A DNA stretch of 64,000 bases from an uncultured Chloroflexia bacterium (GTDB lineage Bacteria > Chloroflexota > Limnocylindria > QHBO01), in contig CAWJOA010000006.1 in NCBI GenBank assembly GCA_963844415.1, positions 550,494-614,493 of the forward strand, given 5' to 3'. The notes below the pieces were generated by a model that saw only the letters and a program-made list of their open reading frames with translations, searched no databases and had not been told where the DNA came from. Of the stretch, positions 9,628 through 19,388 are shown piece by piece (position 1 is the stretch's first letter; each line of letters opens with the position of its first letter). The translations under genes were made by a program, and so were the position numbers.

Positions 9628-12077
9628 CTACCGGTGCTTGGCGGCCAATGCACCGACACCGAACCAGTCCAGCCGGCATCGGTCCGGACGCGGAGGGTGG
9701 TGCCGTCGCTCACGACCTCGACGTCGCCATCCAGGTCGGTCCGGAACACCGTGATCCGCGAGTGCGCCGCGAGCGTGGCCAGCGTCTCGGGCGCGGGATG
9801 GCCGTACTCGTTGCCCTCGCCGGACGAGATGACCGCGACCGATGGCCGGATCGCTTCGACGAGTCCGGGTGTGGTCGATGAGTTCGAGCCGTGGTGGCCG
9901 ACCTTCAGGACGTCCACCGATCCGAGCACGCCGCGCGAGACGAGCGCGGTCTCGACCGGCGCCTCGGCGTCGCCGGTCAGCAACGCATCGAAGCCGCCCA
10001 TCTCGACGAGCAGGACCACCGAGCCGTTGTTGATGTCGCCCTCGGGCAGTGGGGCGTCGGCGTCGGCCTGCGTGGGATAGAGGACGGTGGCTATGGTGCC
10101 CGCCCCGAGATCGAGCCGCTGGCCCGCCCGAGCCAGCACGGTCGGGATCGCGGCATGGGCCGCATCGGTCAGAAGGCGGTCGTTCGCAGGGTTCTCGAAC
10201 GGGATGCCGGCGTGCAGCAGCGCGCCGATGCGGTGGCGGTCGAGGACGTCGACGAGCCCGGCGACATGGTCCTGGTGCGGATGGCTGAGCACGAGCAGGT
10301 CGATCCGGCGGGCGAAGAACGGCAGGTTCGCGCCCAGGCGCCGCAGCGTCAGCTCGGGATCGGGCCCGCCGTCGACGAGCGTCGTCGTGCCGTCCGGCGC
10401 CTCGATGAGGATCGCGTCCCCCTGACCGATGTCGAGCACGGTCAGGTGCAGCAGCCCGTCCGGGCGCGACGCGATCGTGATCGCCAGGAGGACGGCCACG
10501 AGCGACGCGCCGATCGGCAGTGGGCGCGCGGTTCGCCGCAGGATCGCGCCGAGCCGGCTCGGTGAGTCGTCGGGAGCCGGCGTCGCCGGCGGCGCATCGG
10601 CCTCGCGGATCGCCCAGTTCGCGAGCGCCAGCATCGGCAGCCAGGCGACGGCCAACGGCGGCGGGACCGTCACGTCGACCGCCGCATGCGGCACCGATGC
10701 GACCGTCGTTCCGAGCACGACGATCACCCGCAGCACGAGCCACGCGGCACCACCGGCGAACCAGGTCAGGACCGTGCCGACGACCGGAAGCGGGAAGATC
10801 GCGTCGACGACCCCGGCGATCGAGGCGATCGCGCTGAACAGCATCGCCACCGGCACGAAGGGAACGACGAGCACGTTCGCGATCGGCGCCACGAGGGAGA
10901 GGCGCTCGAAGTTGACGAGGATGACCGGCAGCGTCGTCAGCTGCGCGGCGAGCGTCAGCGCGACCGGCTCGCGGATCCAGCCCGGCCATCGGTGCAGGCG
11001 GCGCTCGATCGGTGCGCCGAACCAGACGAGCCCCGCCGTCGCCAGCAGGGACAGCTGGAAGCCGACGTCCCACAGCACCGGCGGCGCGGCCAGCAGCATG
11101 ACGAGCGCAGCGAGCGCCAGGGCCGAGGCGGCGTGCGCGCGCGACCCGCCGAGCCGGGCGACGAGCATGGCGGCGGCCATGAGCGCGGCCCGCACGACCG
11201 ATGGGCTCGCGCCGGTGAGGAGGACGTACCCGCCAACGGTCGCGGCGGCGACGGCAGCCGTCGTCCACCGGCCTCCGGGGCGGCGAGCCAACGGCTGGAC
11301 GGTGGCCGCGACCAGCGCGGCCACGATCGCGATGTTCCAGCCCGAGATGGCGACGACGTGGGTGAGGCCCGCGGTCGCGAACGCGTCGTTGATCTCCGGC
11401 GCGATTGCGCTGCGGACGCCGAGCAGGATCCCGGCGCCGAGCGCGGCCTCCGGCTCGGGGACGAGGTCGTTGAGCCCACCGAGCAGCGTCCCGCGTAGCC
11501 CGGCCAGGAGCGCGGCCGGTCCGGATGCCTCGGTCACGACCTCGGCCGAGCGGGCGCGCGCGATCGCGCCGACGCCCTGGCGCGCCAGGTATTCGCGGTA
11601 GGCGAAGCCGTCGAAGTCCTCCGCCAGCTCCACGCGCGACCTCACGAGGAGCTGGTCGCCCGCTCCGGCATCGACGCCCCGCGGCAGCCACACGAGGAGC
11701 CGGTCGCCGAGCCGATGCACCGCACCGTCCCGGGCGACCGCCAGGTTGCCGAGCACGAGCTGCATCCGATCCTCGCGCGGCCGTGGGTCGTCGACGACCG
11801 TGCCGAGGATCTCGACCTCGCCGCCGCCGACGAGCATCGCGACCGACGTCTCGAGCACGGGCTCGGCAGCTTCGCCTCGCCACGCGCCGATCCCGAAGGC
11901 GGCCAGCCCGACGCCCACGAGGAGCGCGGATCGCCAGCGTCCCGCCACGCCGACGGCGACGAGTCCGATCCCGCCGCCGGCCAGCGGGAGCACCGGCAGG
12001 CTTGCCGCATCGGCGGCGAGGATGCCGGCCGCGACGCCGCCGAGGATGGCCGGCAGGACGAAGGTGGCGCCGCTCAT
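9628..12077 (-). CDS. comEC: DNA internalisation competence protein ComEC/Rec2 (DUF4131 + ComEC + metallo-beta-lactamase domains)
   Basis: Polytopic membrane core followed by an MBL domain (LDIGQGDAILI, LSHPHQDHVAG, VGHHGS). The track ORF formally runs on to 9234 across the HD gene. A stop at 9628-9630 is reached only after a 1-nt frame change near 9668-9676, so the 3' end is uncertain. Confidence 0.8.
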
Positions 12078-12080
12078 CGC

Positions 12081-12821
12081 TCAGCCCGCGGTCGCCACCC
12101 CCTGGATGTCCTCGAGCTGGCCGCGGTGGATGACGCCGCGGTCCACGGCGTCCTGGAGCGACGCGAACGGCTGCTCCTGGCGAGCGGCCACGATCTTCTG
12201 GACGGTGACGGCGCCGATGCCGGGCAACGCCTCGAGCTCCTCCGGCGTGGCGGTGTTCAGGTTGACCAGCCCGGTCGTGGCGCCGCCCGCGGTCCCGTCA
12301 CCCGAACCCCCGCCGCCGGCCACGGCGGGCGTCGACGGCACCGGTCCCGGTGGCGTTTCACCGATCCGCGGCACCTGCACCTGCTCCCCGTCGCCGAGCG
12401 GCTGGGCGAGGTTGATGGCCGTTGCGGCCGCCTCGAGGTCGGCGTCGGATGCGTAGCCGCCGGCGGCCGCGATCGCGTCGGCAATCCGTGATCCGGCGGG
12501 CAGCTCCCGGATCCCGGGCTCGGCGACCGCGCCCTCGACGTCGACGAAGATCGCCCCGCCCGAGGGCGGCGGCTGATTCGAGGTCGAAGGTGGCTCGGCC
12601 GATGGCGTCCCGACGAGCAGGCCGACGCCAGGATCGGTCGTCGGCGCGGGCGAGGGAGCCGCGACGGGCACGAGGAGGATGACGACGGCCAGGGCGGCCA
12701 GCACGACGGCGGCGCCGCCCGCGGCGACCAGGATGCGATCGGATCGGGACACAGCTCGCCTCCAGCGCGGAGGCGAGAATCGGTCCAGAAGATCTGCGTC
12801 CGAAGTCCGGCACCCGGGCAC
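12081..12821 (-). CDS. comEA: competence protein ComEA (SLBB + helix-hairpin-helix DNA-binding)
   Basis: Contains an N-terminal TM segment. The C-terminal HhH motif is LNTATPEELEALPGIGAVTVQKIVAAR. The start codon is uncertain. Confidence 0.85.
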   Translation of the reverse strand: MPGCRTSDADLLDRFSPPRWRRAVSRSDRILVAAGGAAVVLAALAVVILLVPVAAPSPAPTTDPGVGLLVGTPSAEPPSTSNQPPPSGGAIFVDVEGAVAEPGIRELPAGSRIADAIAAAGGYASDADLEAAATAINLAQPLGDGEQVQVPRIGETPPGPVPSTPAVAGGGGSGDGTAGGATTGLVNLNTATPEELEALPGIGAVTVQKIVAARQEQPFASLQDAVDRGVIHRGQLEDIQGVATAG

Positions 12822-12901
12822 TCGGCGCCGGGCTCCGGAAGCAGGTGGGCAGCCTACGCCGATGCCGCTTACCGCACGGTTATCGGCGCCTTACCGCGGC
12901 C

Positions 12902-15460
12902 TCAGTCGCGCGGCGTCACCACGTTCACGAGTCGCCCAGGAATCTGGACCACGCGCGCCGGCGCGCGGCCGGCGAGGTAGCGCTGGACGTGCTCCGACGC
13001 GAGCGCCATGCGCTCGATCTCGTCGGCCGGGGTGTCCGGGGTCACGACCAGGCGGTCGCGCAGCTTGCCGTCGACCTGGACCGGCAGCTCGATCGTCTCG
13101 GCGGCGACGAGCTCCGGATCGGCCTCCGGCCAGGGACCGTGGTGGATCGAGTACGGGTGGCCGCGGCGCTCCCACAGCTCCTCCGCCACGTGCGGCGCGA
13201 TCGGCGCCAGCAGCTTCAGCAGGATGTCGACCGCCTCCCCGTAGGCCGGTGACCCGGCGAGGCCGGTCTCGCGGGCGCGAATGATCGCGTTCGTCAGCTC
13301 CATCAGCTTGCTGATCGCGGTGTTGAAGTGGAGCTCGTCGATGTCCTCGCCGACGGCGTCGATCGTCACGTGCGCCGCCCGCCGCAGCGCCCGAGTCAGC
13401 TCCTCGGCGGACCCGAGCATCTCGTCCGCGCGCGGGCCACCGGATCCCAGGATCTCGCCGGCGATGTTCGGCGAGGGCATCGGCCGCTGCGCATCGGCAG
13501 CCGAGGGCAGCGCGGCGCCCCAGACCCGGCTCAGCCAGCGCTGGATGCCGTCGATGCCGGTCGGGTTCCACGGCCCGCCCTGGTCCCACGGGCCGATGAA
13601 CATCAGGAAGGCGCGGACGGTGTCGGCCCCGTAGCGGGCGACGAGCTCGTCGGGCGCCTGGACGTTGCCGCGCGACTTGCTCATCCGGTTGTGGTCGGCG
13701 CCGAGGATCTGGCCCTGGTTGCGCAGCTTCAGCGTCGGCTCGTCGAACTCGAGATGCCCGAGGTCGCGCAGCGCCTTCACGAAGAAGCGGTAGTAGAGCA
13801 GGTGCAGCACGCCGTGCTCCGCGCCGCCGGTGTAGAGGTGCATCGGCATCCAGGCACGCACCTCCTCGGGGTCCCAGGCGACGTCGGCGTTGGTGGGGGA
13901 GCAGTAGCGCAGGAAATACCAGGCCGAGTCGATGAACGTGTCGAGCGTGTCGGTCTCGCGCCGCGCCGGTCCGTCGCACACCGGGCAGGAGGCGGCCAGC
14001 CACTCCGCGTTGTTCTGTAACGGCGAGACGCCGGTCGGCGCGAAGGCGACGTGCTCCGGCAGCGTGACCGGCAGCTGCGACTCCGGCACCGGCTGCGCGC
14101 CATGCTCGTCGCAGTACACGATCGGGATCGGCGCACCCCAGTAGCGCTGGCGGCTCACCAGCCAGTCGCGCTGGCGGTACGTGACCGCGAACCGCCCCTG
14201 CCCGCGCTCCTCGAGCGCCTTCGTGATCGCGCCGATGGCCTCGGCGGCCCGGCGACCCGTGAACTCGCCGGAGTCGACCAGCACCTCGTCGTCGGTGTGC
14301 GCCATGAACGCCTCGCCATCGGAGACCGATCCGCCCGCCGGCGCGACCACGAACCGGATCGGCAGGTCGTACTGCTGCGCGAACGCGAAGTCGCGCTCGT
14401 CGTGGGCGGGGACGGCCATGATCGCGCCGGTGCCGTAGCCGGGCAGCACGTAGTCGGCGATCCAGATCGGGATGCGCTCGCTCGTCATCGGGTTGATGGC
14501 ATGGGCACCGATGAAGACGCCGGTCTTGGGGCGCTCGGTGCTCATGCGCTCGATCTCGGTCTCGCGCCGCGCGCTGGTGACGTAGGCGTCGACATCGGCC
14601 TTGCGGTCGTCCGTCGTCAGGACCGCTACGAGCGGATGCTCGGGTGCCAGGACCATGAACGTCGCGCCGAACACGGTGTCGGGGCGGGTGGTGAAGACCC
14701 GGATCGGCTCGACGTCATCGGCCTCGACCGCGAAGTCGATCTCCGCACCCTCGGATCGGCCGATCCAGTTCGTCTGCACCAGTCGGATCGGCTCGGGGTA
14801 GTCGAGCCCGGTGTAGTCGAGCAGCTCGTCGGAGTAGTTCGTGATCCGGAACCACCACTGCTCGAGGTCGCGCTTGATGACCGGCGTGTTGCAGCGCCAG
14901 CAGCGCCGGTCCGTGCCGAGCACCTGCTCGCGGGCCAGCGTGACCTGGTCCTTCGGGCACCAGTCGACCGCGCCCATGGCCCGGTAGGCGAGCCCGGCCT
15001 CGTAGAACTTCAGGAAGATCCACTGGGTCCAGCGGTAGTAGTCCGGGTCGCTCGTGGCGAGCTCGCGCGACCAGTCGAACATCGCGCCCATCGTCCGGAA
15101 CTGGGTCCGCATGCGCTCGATGTTCGCGTTCGTCCACTCCGCGGGATCCAGGCCGCGGTCGATCGCCGCGTTCTCGGCCGGCAGCCCGAAGCTGTCGAAG
15201 CCCATCGGGAACATCACGTTGTAGCCGCGCATGCGGTGCATCCGCGCCACGATGTCCGGCCCGGTCGCGGCATACCAGTGACCGATGTGCAGGTCACCGG
15301 ACGGGTACGGGTACATCGTCAGGATGTAGCGCTTCGGGCGCGGGTCGTCGTCGCGGGCGACGTACAGCTCGTCGGCCTCCCAGCGGTCGCGCCACTTCTG
15401 CTCGAAGCTGCCGGGGTCGAAGCGGTCGGGGCGGGTGCGGGTGGGGGACTCGGTCGTCAT
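12902..15460 (-). CDS. leuS: leucine--tRNA ligase
   Basis: 852 aa with the class I HIGH motif (PYPSGDLHIGH) and KMSKS (NRMSKSRGN), plus the LeuS-type editing and anticodon domains. Confidence 0.97.
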   Translation of the reverse strand: MTTESPTRTRPDRFDPGSFEQKWRDRWEADELYVARDDDPRPKRYILTMYPYPSGDLHIGHWYAATGPDIVARMHRMRGYNVMFPMGFDSFGLPAENAAIDRGLDPAEWTNANIERMRTQFRTMGAMFDWSRELATSDPDYYRWTQWIFLKFYEAGLAYRAMGAVDWCPKDQVTLAREQVLGTDRRCWRCNTPVIKRDLEQWWFRITNYSDELLDYTGLDYPEPIRLVQTNWIGRSEGAEIDFAVEADDVEPIRVFTTRPDTVFGATFMVLAPEHPLVAVLTTDDRKADVDAYVTSARRETEIERMSTERPKTGVFIGAHAINPMTSERIPIWIADYVLPGYGTGAIMAVPAHDERDFAFAQQYDLPIRFVVAPAGGSVSDGEAFMAHTDDEVLVDSGEFTGRRAAEAIGAITKALEERGQGRFAVTYRQRDWLVSRQRYWGAPIPIVYCDEHGAQPVPESQLPVTLPEHVAFAPTGVSPLQNNAEWLAASCPVCDGPARRETDTLDTFIDSAWYFLRYCSPTNADVAWDPEEVRAWMPMHLYTGGAEHGVLHLLYYRFFVKALRDLGHLEFDEPTLKLRNQGQILGADHNRMSKSRGNVQAPDELVARYGADTVRAFLMFIGPWDQGGPWNPTGIDGIQRWLSRVWGAALPSAADAQRPMPSPNIAGEILGSGGPRADEMLGSAEELTRALRRAAHVTIDAVGEDIDELHFNTAISKLMELTNAIIRARETGLAGSPAYGEAVDILLKLLAPIAPHVAEELWERRGHPYSIHHGPWPEADPELVAAETIELPVQVDGKLRDRLVVTPDTPADEIERMALASEHVQRYLAGRAPARVVQIPGRLVNVVTPRD

Positions 15461-16017
15461 CGGTCCTGTGCCTCCTGGGGGAACCAGGCCATCAGCACCT
15501 CGTCGCGGAATGCGTCGCCGGATCGGTACTGCATGCGGCGCATGCCCTCACGGACGAAGCCGCGCTTCTCGTACACCGCGATCGCGCGCTCGTTGTCGGG
15601 GAAGACGCCCAGCGACAGCTTGCGCAGGCCGCGGTCGAACGCCCAGCGCTGGGCGGACTCGACCAGCACGGAACCGATGCCGACGTCGCGCCACGCCTCC
15701 GCGATCGTGATGGAGAGGGTGCCGATGTGCTCGGTGGCGACCCCGCGGTCGACGCTGACGAGGACGTTGCCGACGACCTCGCCGCCGGCCTCCGCAACCA
15801 GCACGAGGTGCTCGTCGGCGCGGATCATCTCGCTGATCCAGAAGCTCTCCGACGGCTCGCTCACCGCGCCCGGTGCGGTGATCAGCCAACGGCCTTCCTT
15901 GCGCACGTCGGAGAAGAGGCGCGCGAGGCCACTCCCGTCGGTCGGCCGGGCCGGGCGCAGGGTCCAGCGCCGCCCATCTCGGGCGGTCCTCGCCTCGCCT
16001 GTGCCGGTCGCGATCAT
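15457..16017 (-). CDS. GNAT family N-acetyltransferase
   Basis: Acetyl-CoA-binding core (IAEAWRDVGIGSVLV...NERAIAVYEKRGF). Its stop overlaps the leuS start (ATGA). Confidence 0.8.
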   Translation of the reverse strand: MIATGTGEARTARDGRRWTLRPARPTDGSGLARLFSDVRKEGRWLITAPGAVSEPSESFWISEMIRADEHLVLVAEAGGEVVGNVLVSVDRGVATEHIGTLSITIAEAWRDVGIGSVLVESAQRWAFDRGLRKLSLGVFPDNERAIAVYEKRGFVREGMRRMQYRSGDAFRDEVLMAWFPQEAQDR

Positions 16018-16121
16018 CTGCGTGCCTCTGTGCGTGCCTCTCCGGAGAACAACGAACCCCTCCGTCTGTCAGGACGAAGGGGTGCTTCGCGGTACCACCT
16101 GAGCTTGACCGATCGAGGGAG

Positions 16122-16197
16122 TGGTGGAGCTGGGGGGACTCGAACCCCCGACCCCCTGCATGCCATGCAGGTGCTCTCCCAGCTGAGCTACAACCCC
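16122..16197 (-). tRNA. tRNA-Ala (anticodon GGC), CCA encoded
   Basis: Hand-folded cloverleaf with acceptor GGGGTTG/CAGCTCC including G3:U70. The anticodon stem is CCTGC/GCAGG with loop ATGGCAT, and the T-arm is GGGGGTTCGAGTCCCCC. Confidence 0.9.
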
Positions 16198-16518
16198 ACG
16201 CGAACGTTTCCGTGGTCGGTCCACTCGTCGGCGCTCTATCGGTCGCCATCCGGCCCGGTTTCTGGGCTGCTCTCGGGCGAGTTCCGCGCTCCTCGTTCGC
16301 CGGCTTCCACCCTCCCGGCTCGCTCGTGAACGAGGTGCAGCGCGTACGTGCTCCCGCGTCAACGCATCGATTTCGAGGATAGCACAGGCGTTCGGTCACC
16401 CTCAATCAGGCCGAGGATGCGTCAGTCGGCGGCCACGATCGACTCGGCGAGCGCGATGAACCCTGCCGCGAACCGGGCGCCCGGCGGGATCTCTTCAACA
16501 GCCGCCGCCGCGCTTGAC

Positions 16519-16547
16519 ACGAGTCCTATATTCACAATATGACTCGT
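16519..16547 (+). promoter_or_regulatory. candidate TetR operator and near-leaderless promoter
   Basis: Perfect 7-bp inverted repeat ACGAGTC (16519-16525) / GACTCGT (16541-16547). It brackets TATATT (16527-16532) and the TetR ATG at 16539. Confidence 0.35.
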
Positions 16548-17153
16548 ATCGTCAATCACTCCACTCGGCCCTATCGCAGCGAGCTCCGGGCCGAACAGAC
16601 CGAGGAGACGCGCGGACGGATCCTCGACGCCGCCGGGCGGGTCATGGCCACCGGCGTGGCGAGCCTCTCGGTCCCGGCCGTCGCGCGCGAGGCCGGGGTG
16701 TCGGTCCCGACGGTGTATCGGCACTTTGGAACGAAGGCCGAGCTCGTGGCTGAGCTGTTCCCCCACGCCGCGCGACGTGCCGGCCTGGACGGATTGCCCG
16801 ATCCGTCCACCGTCGGCGACGTCCGGAGCTTCGTGCGCGCGGTGTTCGAGCGGCTCGACGCTCTCGACGACGTGAGCCGCGCGGCATTCGCCAGCCCGAT
16901 TGCCGACAAGGTGCGCCACGCGACGATGCCGTCGCGTATCGAGCGTGTCCGCGCAATCGGCAGGTCGGTCGAGCCGCCGCTGGCGAAGGCCGACCTCGAC
17001 CGGATCACCCGGATCCTGGTGATCCTCATCTCCTCGTCGTCGCTTCGGACCTGGCGCGACCACCTGGGGGCATCGCCCGAGCAGGCGGCCGACGACATCG
17101 ACTGGATCCTGCGCGCCGCGATCGCCGCGGCGACCCGCGAGGTGGCGGAATGA
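16539..17153 (+). CDS. TetR/AcrR family transcriptional regulator
   Basis: N-terminal HTH: RILDAAGRVMATGVASLSVPAVAREAGVSVPTVYRHFGTKAELV. Confidence 0.85.
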   Translation: MTRIVNHSTRPYRSELRAEQTEETRGRILDAAGRVMATGVASLSVPAVAREAGVSVPTVYRHFGTKAELVAELFPHAARRAGLDGLPDPSTVGDVRSFVRAVFERLDALDDVSRAAFASPIADKVRHATMPSRIERVRAIGRSVEPPLAKADLDRITRILVILISSSSLRTWRDHLGASPEQAADDIDWILRAAIAAATREVAE

Positions 17154-19354
17154 GCGCGAACGCCATCCGCCGCCTTCGCGACGTCCGGTTGACCGATGCG
17201 GCCGAGGTCGGCGGCAAGGCCGCCAGCCTGGGTGAGCTCCTGGCGTCTGGCGTCCGCGTCCCCGAAGGCGTCGTCGTGACCGTGGCCGGGGCCGAGCTGC
17301 CGACGCAGGAGCGGGTTTGGCAGCTGGGCGCCGGATCGTGGGAGATGGGCGCGGGGCCGTTCGCGGTCCGGTCGAGCGGTGTCGCCGAAGATGGCGTCGA
17401 CCGCTCGTATGCGGGCATGTACGAAACCGTGCTCGAGGTCGCGCCAGACGATCTGGGTGAGGCCGTCGAACGTTGCCTGGCCAGCGCGCTCGGCACGCGA
17501 GTCGCCGGGTACGAGCCCGGCACCAACGGTCGGATGGCCGTGATCATCCAGCGCATGGTTCGGCCCGCGGCGGCCGGCGTGGCCCTCACCGCGGATCCGA
17601 TCACCGGCGATCGTGAGACGACCACCGTCACCGCCGTCCGCGGCATCGGGGACCGATTGGTCGCCGGGGAGGCGGTGGGCGATGAGTGGGTCGTCGTCGA
17701 CGGGAAGGCGACGGCACGCCGTCGGCCGGAGGAGGCCATCGGTCCGGCGCAGGCCGTCCAGGTTGCGACCGAGGCTCGGCGCGTTGCGGCGGTGCGGGGC
17801 GCACCGCAGGACGTCGAGTGGGCGATCGACGGGGGCGGCACCCTGTGGATCCTCCAGGCCAGGCCGATGACGGCGCTTCCGCCTGACGTGTCGTGGACGC
17901 CGCCGGCGGGTGGCGCCTTCACCCGCCAGCTCAGGTTGGGCGAGTGGATCGGCGAGCCGGTGACCCCGCTCTTCGAGTCGTGGCTGCTGAGCGCGATGGA
18001 GGAGCGGATGCACGCCTGGTTCTTCGAAGAGATCGGGCAGCGCGCGCCCCGGCCGCTCCACGTCGTGGTCAACGGCTGGTACTTCTACTCGCTCAACTGG
18101 TTTGGGCCGAAGGCCCTCATCAGCAACCTGCCGCGGATGCTCTGGCACCTGGCGCGACACCCACGGCGCCTGGCGGGCATCAACCCGTCGACCGTGCGGC
18201 ACAGCTTCCCGATCGTCGAGCGGGAGTGGCGCGCGGAGTTCCGCCCGCGATATCGGGCCGCAGTGCGCGAGGCCGAGGCACGGGTCGAGACGGTGGCGGT
18301 GACGGAGCTGCCCGCCCTGATCGACGAGCAGGCCGAACTGGCCGGCGAGGCCTTCGGGTGGCTCGCGGCCCTTGCCGGCGCCGCGTACAAGATGGAGCTC
18401 AACCTTGCCGGGTTCTACGGGCGGCACCTGCGCGGGACCCTGGGCGGCAGCCACCTGCCGCTGCTCACTGGCTTCGTGGCCCCGCGTGAGCAGGCCGCCC
18501 ATGAAGTCGTCTCGCTGGACTGGTGGTATCCCATGGGCCCGACGGCATCGGCAACGCCGAAAGCCAGCGACCATGAATCGCTTGTCGACGCCAGGCACCG
18601 GGCCGAGGAGGCCGCTTTCAGCGCCCTCGCCTCGTCGCCGCGCCGCCTGTCGGCGTTCCGACGCCTGCTCGCCGACGCGCAGCACCTGGTCCCGATCCGC
18701 GAGGAGCAGACCGGCGAGCTGACCATCGGCTGGCCGGTCATGCGGCGCGCGGTGGAGCGGATCGGCGAGGCACTCGTCGACCGCGGCCTCATCGCCGAGG
18801 CCGACGACGTCTTCTTCCTCGCCCGCCATGAGGCCCTGGGTGCCCTGACGGACGGTCGCCTGGACGCCGCGGTGGACGTTGCCGAGCGGCGGGCCAACCG
18901 CGAGGAGCGGGCTCGGCTCGTGCCGCCGCTGCTCATCGGCCGGCTGAACCCGGTCGTCCAGCGGATGTGGGACGGCTTCCCGCGAGTGCTCGGCGCGACG
19001 CCATCGGAGACTGCGCTGGTCAGCGGGTCACCTGCCTCGGCTGGCCGCGCGACCGGGTCGGTGCGGGTCATCCGTAGCCCGGACGAGTTCGACGAGCTCC
19101 AGCCCGGCGAGATCCTGGTGGCGCCGATGACCGCGCCGGCCTGGACACCGCTCTTCAGCCGTGCCGCCGCGGTGGTGACCGATGTGGGAAGCCCTGCCGC
19201 GCACGCCTCGATCATCGCCCGTGAGTACGGAATCCCGGCCGTCGTCGGCTGCGGCGACGCGACGGCCCGGCTTCGAACCGGGATGCGCGTCACGGTCGAC
19301 GGAAGCACGGGCAACGTCGAGCTCGACTCATCGGTCGGCACTAACGCCGCTTGA
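17150..19354 (+). CDS. PEP/pyruvate-binding plus PEP-utilising mobile-domain protein (rifampin-phosphotransferase-like architecture)
   Basis: The N-terminal ATP-grasp begins VGGKAASLGEL. The C-terminal swivel domain carries the catalytic-type His (VVTDVGSPAAHASIIAREYGIPAVVG). There is no C-terminal PEP-binding TIM barrel. The start overlaps the TetR stop (ATGA). Confidence 0.8.
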   Translation: MSANAIRRLRDVRLTDAAEVGGKAASLGELLASGVRVPEGVVVTVAGAELPTQERVWQLGAGSWEMGAGPFAVRSSGVAEDGVDRSYAGMYETVLEVAPDDLGEAVERCLASALGTRVAGYEPGTNGRMAVIIQRMVRPAAAGVALTADPITGDRETTTVTAVRGIGDRLVAGEAVGDEWVVVDGKATARRRPEEAIGPAQAVQVATEARRVAAVRGAPQDVEWAIDGGGTLWILQARPMTALPPDVSWTPPAGGAFTRQLRLGEWIGEPVTPLFESWLLSAMEERMHAWFFEEIGQRAPRPLHVVVNGWYFYSLNWFGPKALISNLPRMLWHLARHPRRLAGINPSTVRHSFPIVEREWRAEFRPRYRAAVREAEARVETVAVTELPALIDEQAELAGEAFGWLAALAGAAYKMELNLAGFYGRHLRGTLGGSHLPLLTGFVAPREQAAHEVVSLDWWYPMGPTASATPKASDHESLVDARHRAEEAAFSALASSPRRLSAFRRLLADAQHLVPIREEQTGELTIGWPVMRRAVERIGEALVDRGLIAEADDVFFLARHEALGALTDGRLDAAVDVAERRANREERARLVPPLLIGRLNPVVQRMWDGFPRVLGATPSETALVSGSPASAGRATGSVRVIRSPDEFDELQPGEILVAPMTAPAWTPLFSRAAAVVTDVGSPAAHASIIAREYGIPAVVGCGDATARLRTGMRVTVDGSTGNVELDSSVGTNAA

Positions 19355-19381
19355 CCCTCACGTAGCGTTAGGCTCTAGCCT
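19351..19381 (+). promoter_or_regulatory. MerR-type promoter with a 19-nt spacer containing an imperfect palindrome
   Basis: TTGACC (19351-19356), a 19-nt spacer ctcacgtagcgttaggctc, then TAGCCT (19376-19381), with the ATG at 19389. CCTCACG / CGTTAGG are imperfect inverted halves. Confidence 0.45.
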
Positions 19382-19388
19382 CTCGCGG

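Noticed and set aside
16198-16538. A 340-nt non-coding gap next to tRNA-Ala, examined for SRP RNA, RNase P RNA, tmRNA or 6S RNA. It also contains a 32-codon minus-strand ORF ending ...VEEIPPGARFAAGFIALAESIVAAD.
   Set aside because: I found none of the universal cores: GGAAGGAAGCAGC for SRP, GAGGAAAGUCCGGGC for RNase P, or the tRNA-like ends of tmRNA. The short ORF has no RBS and its upstream part overlaps the TetR promoter. There is not enough evidence for either.
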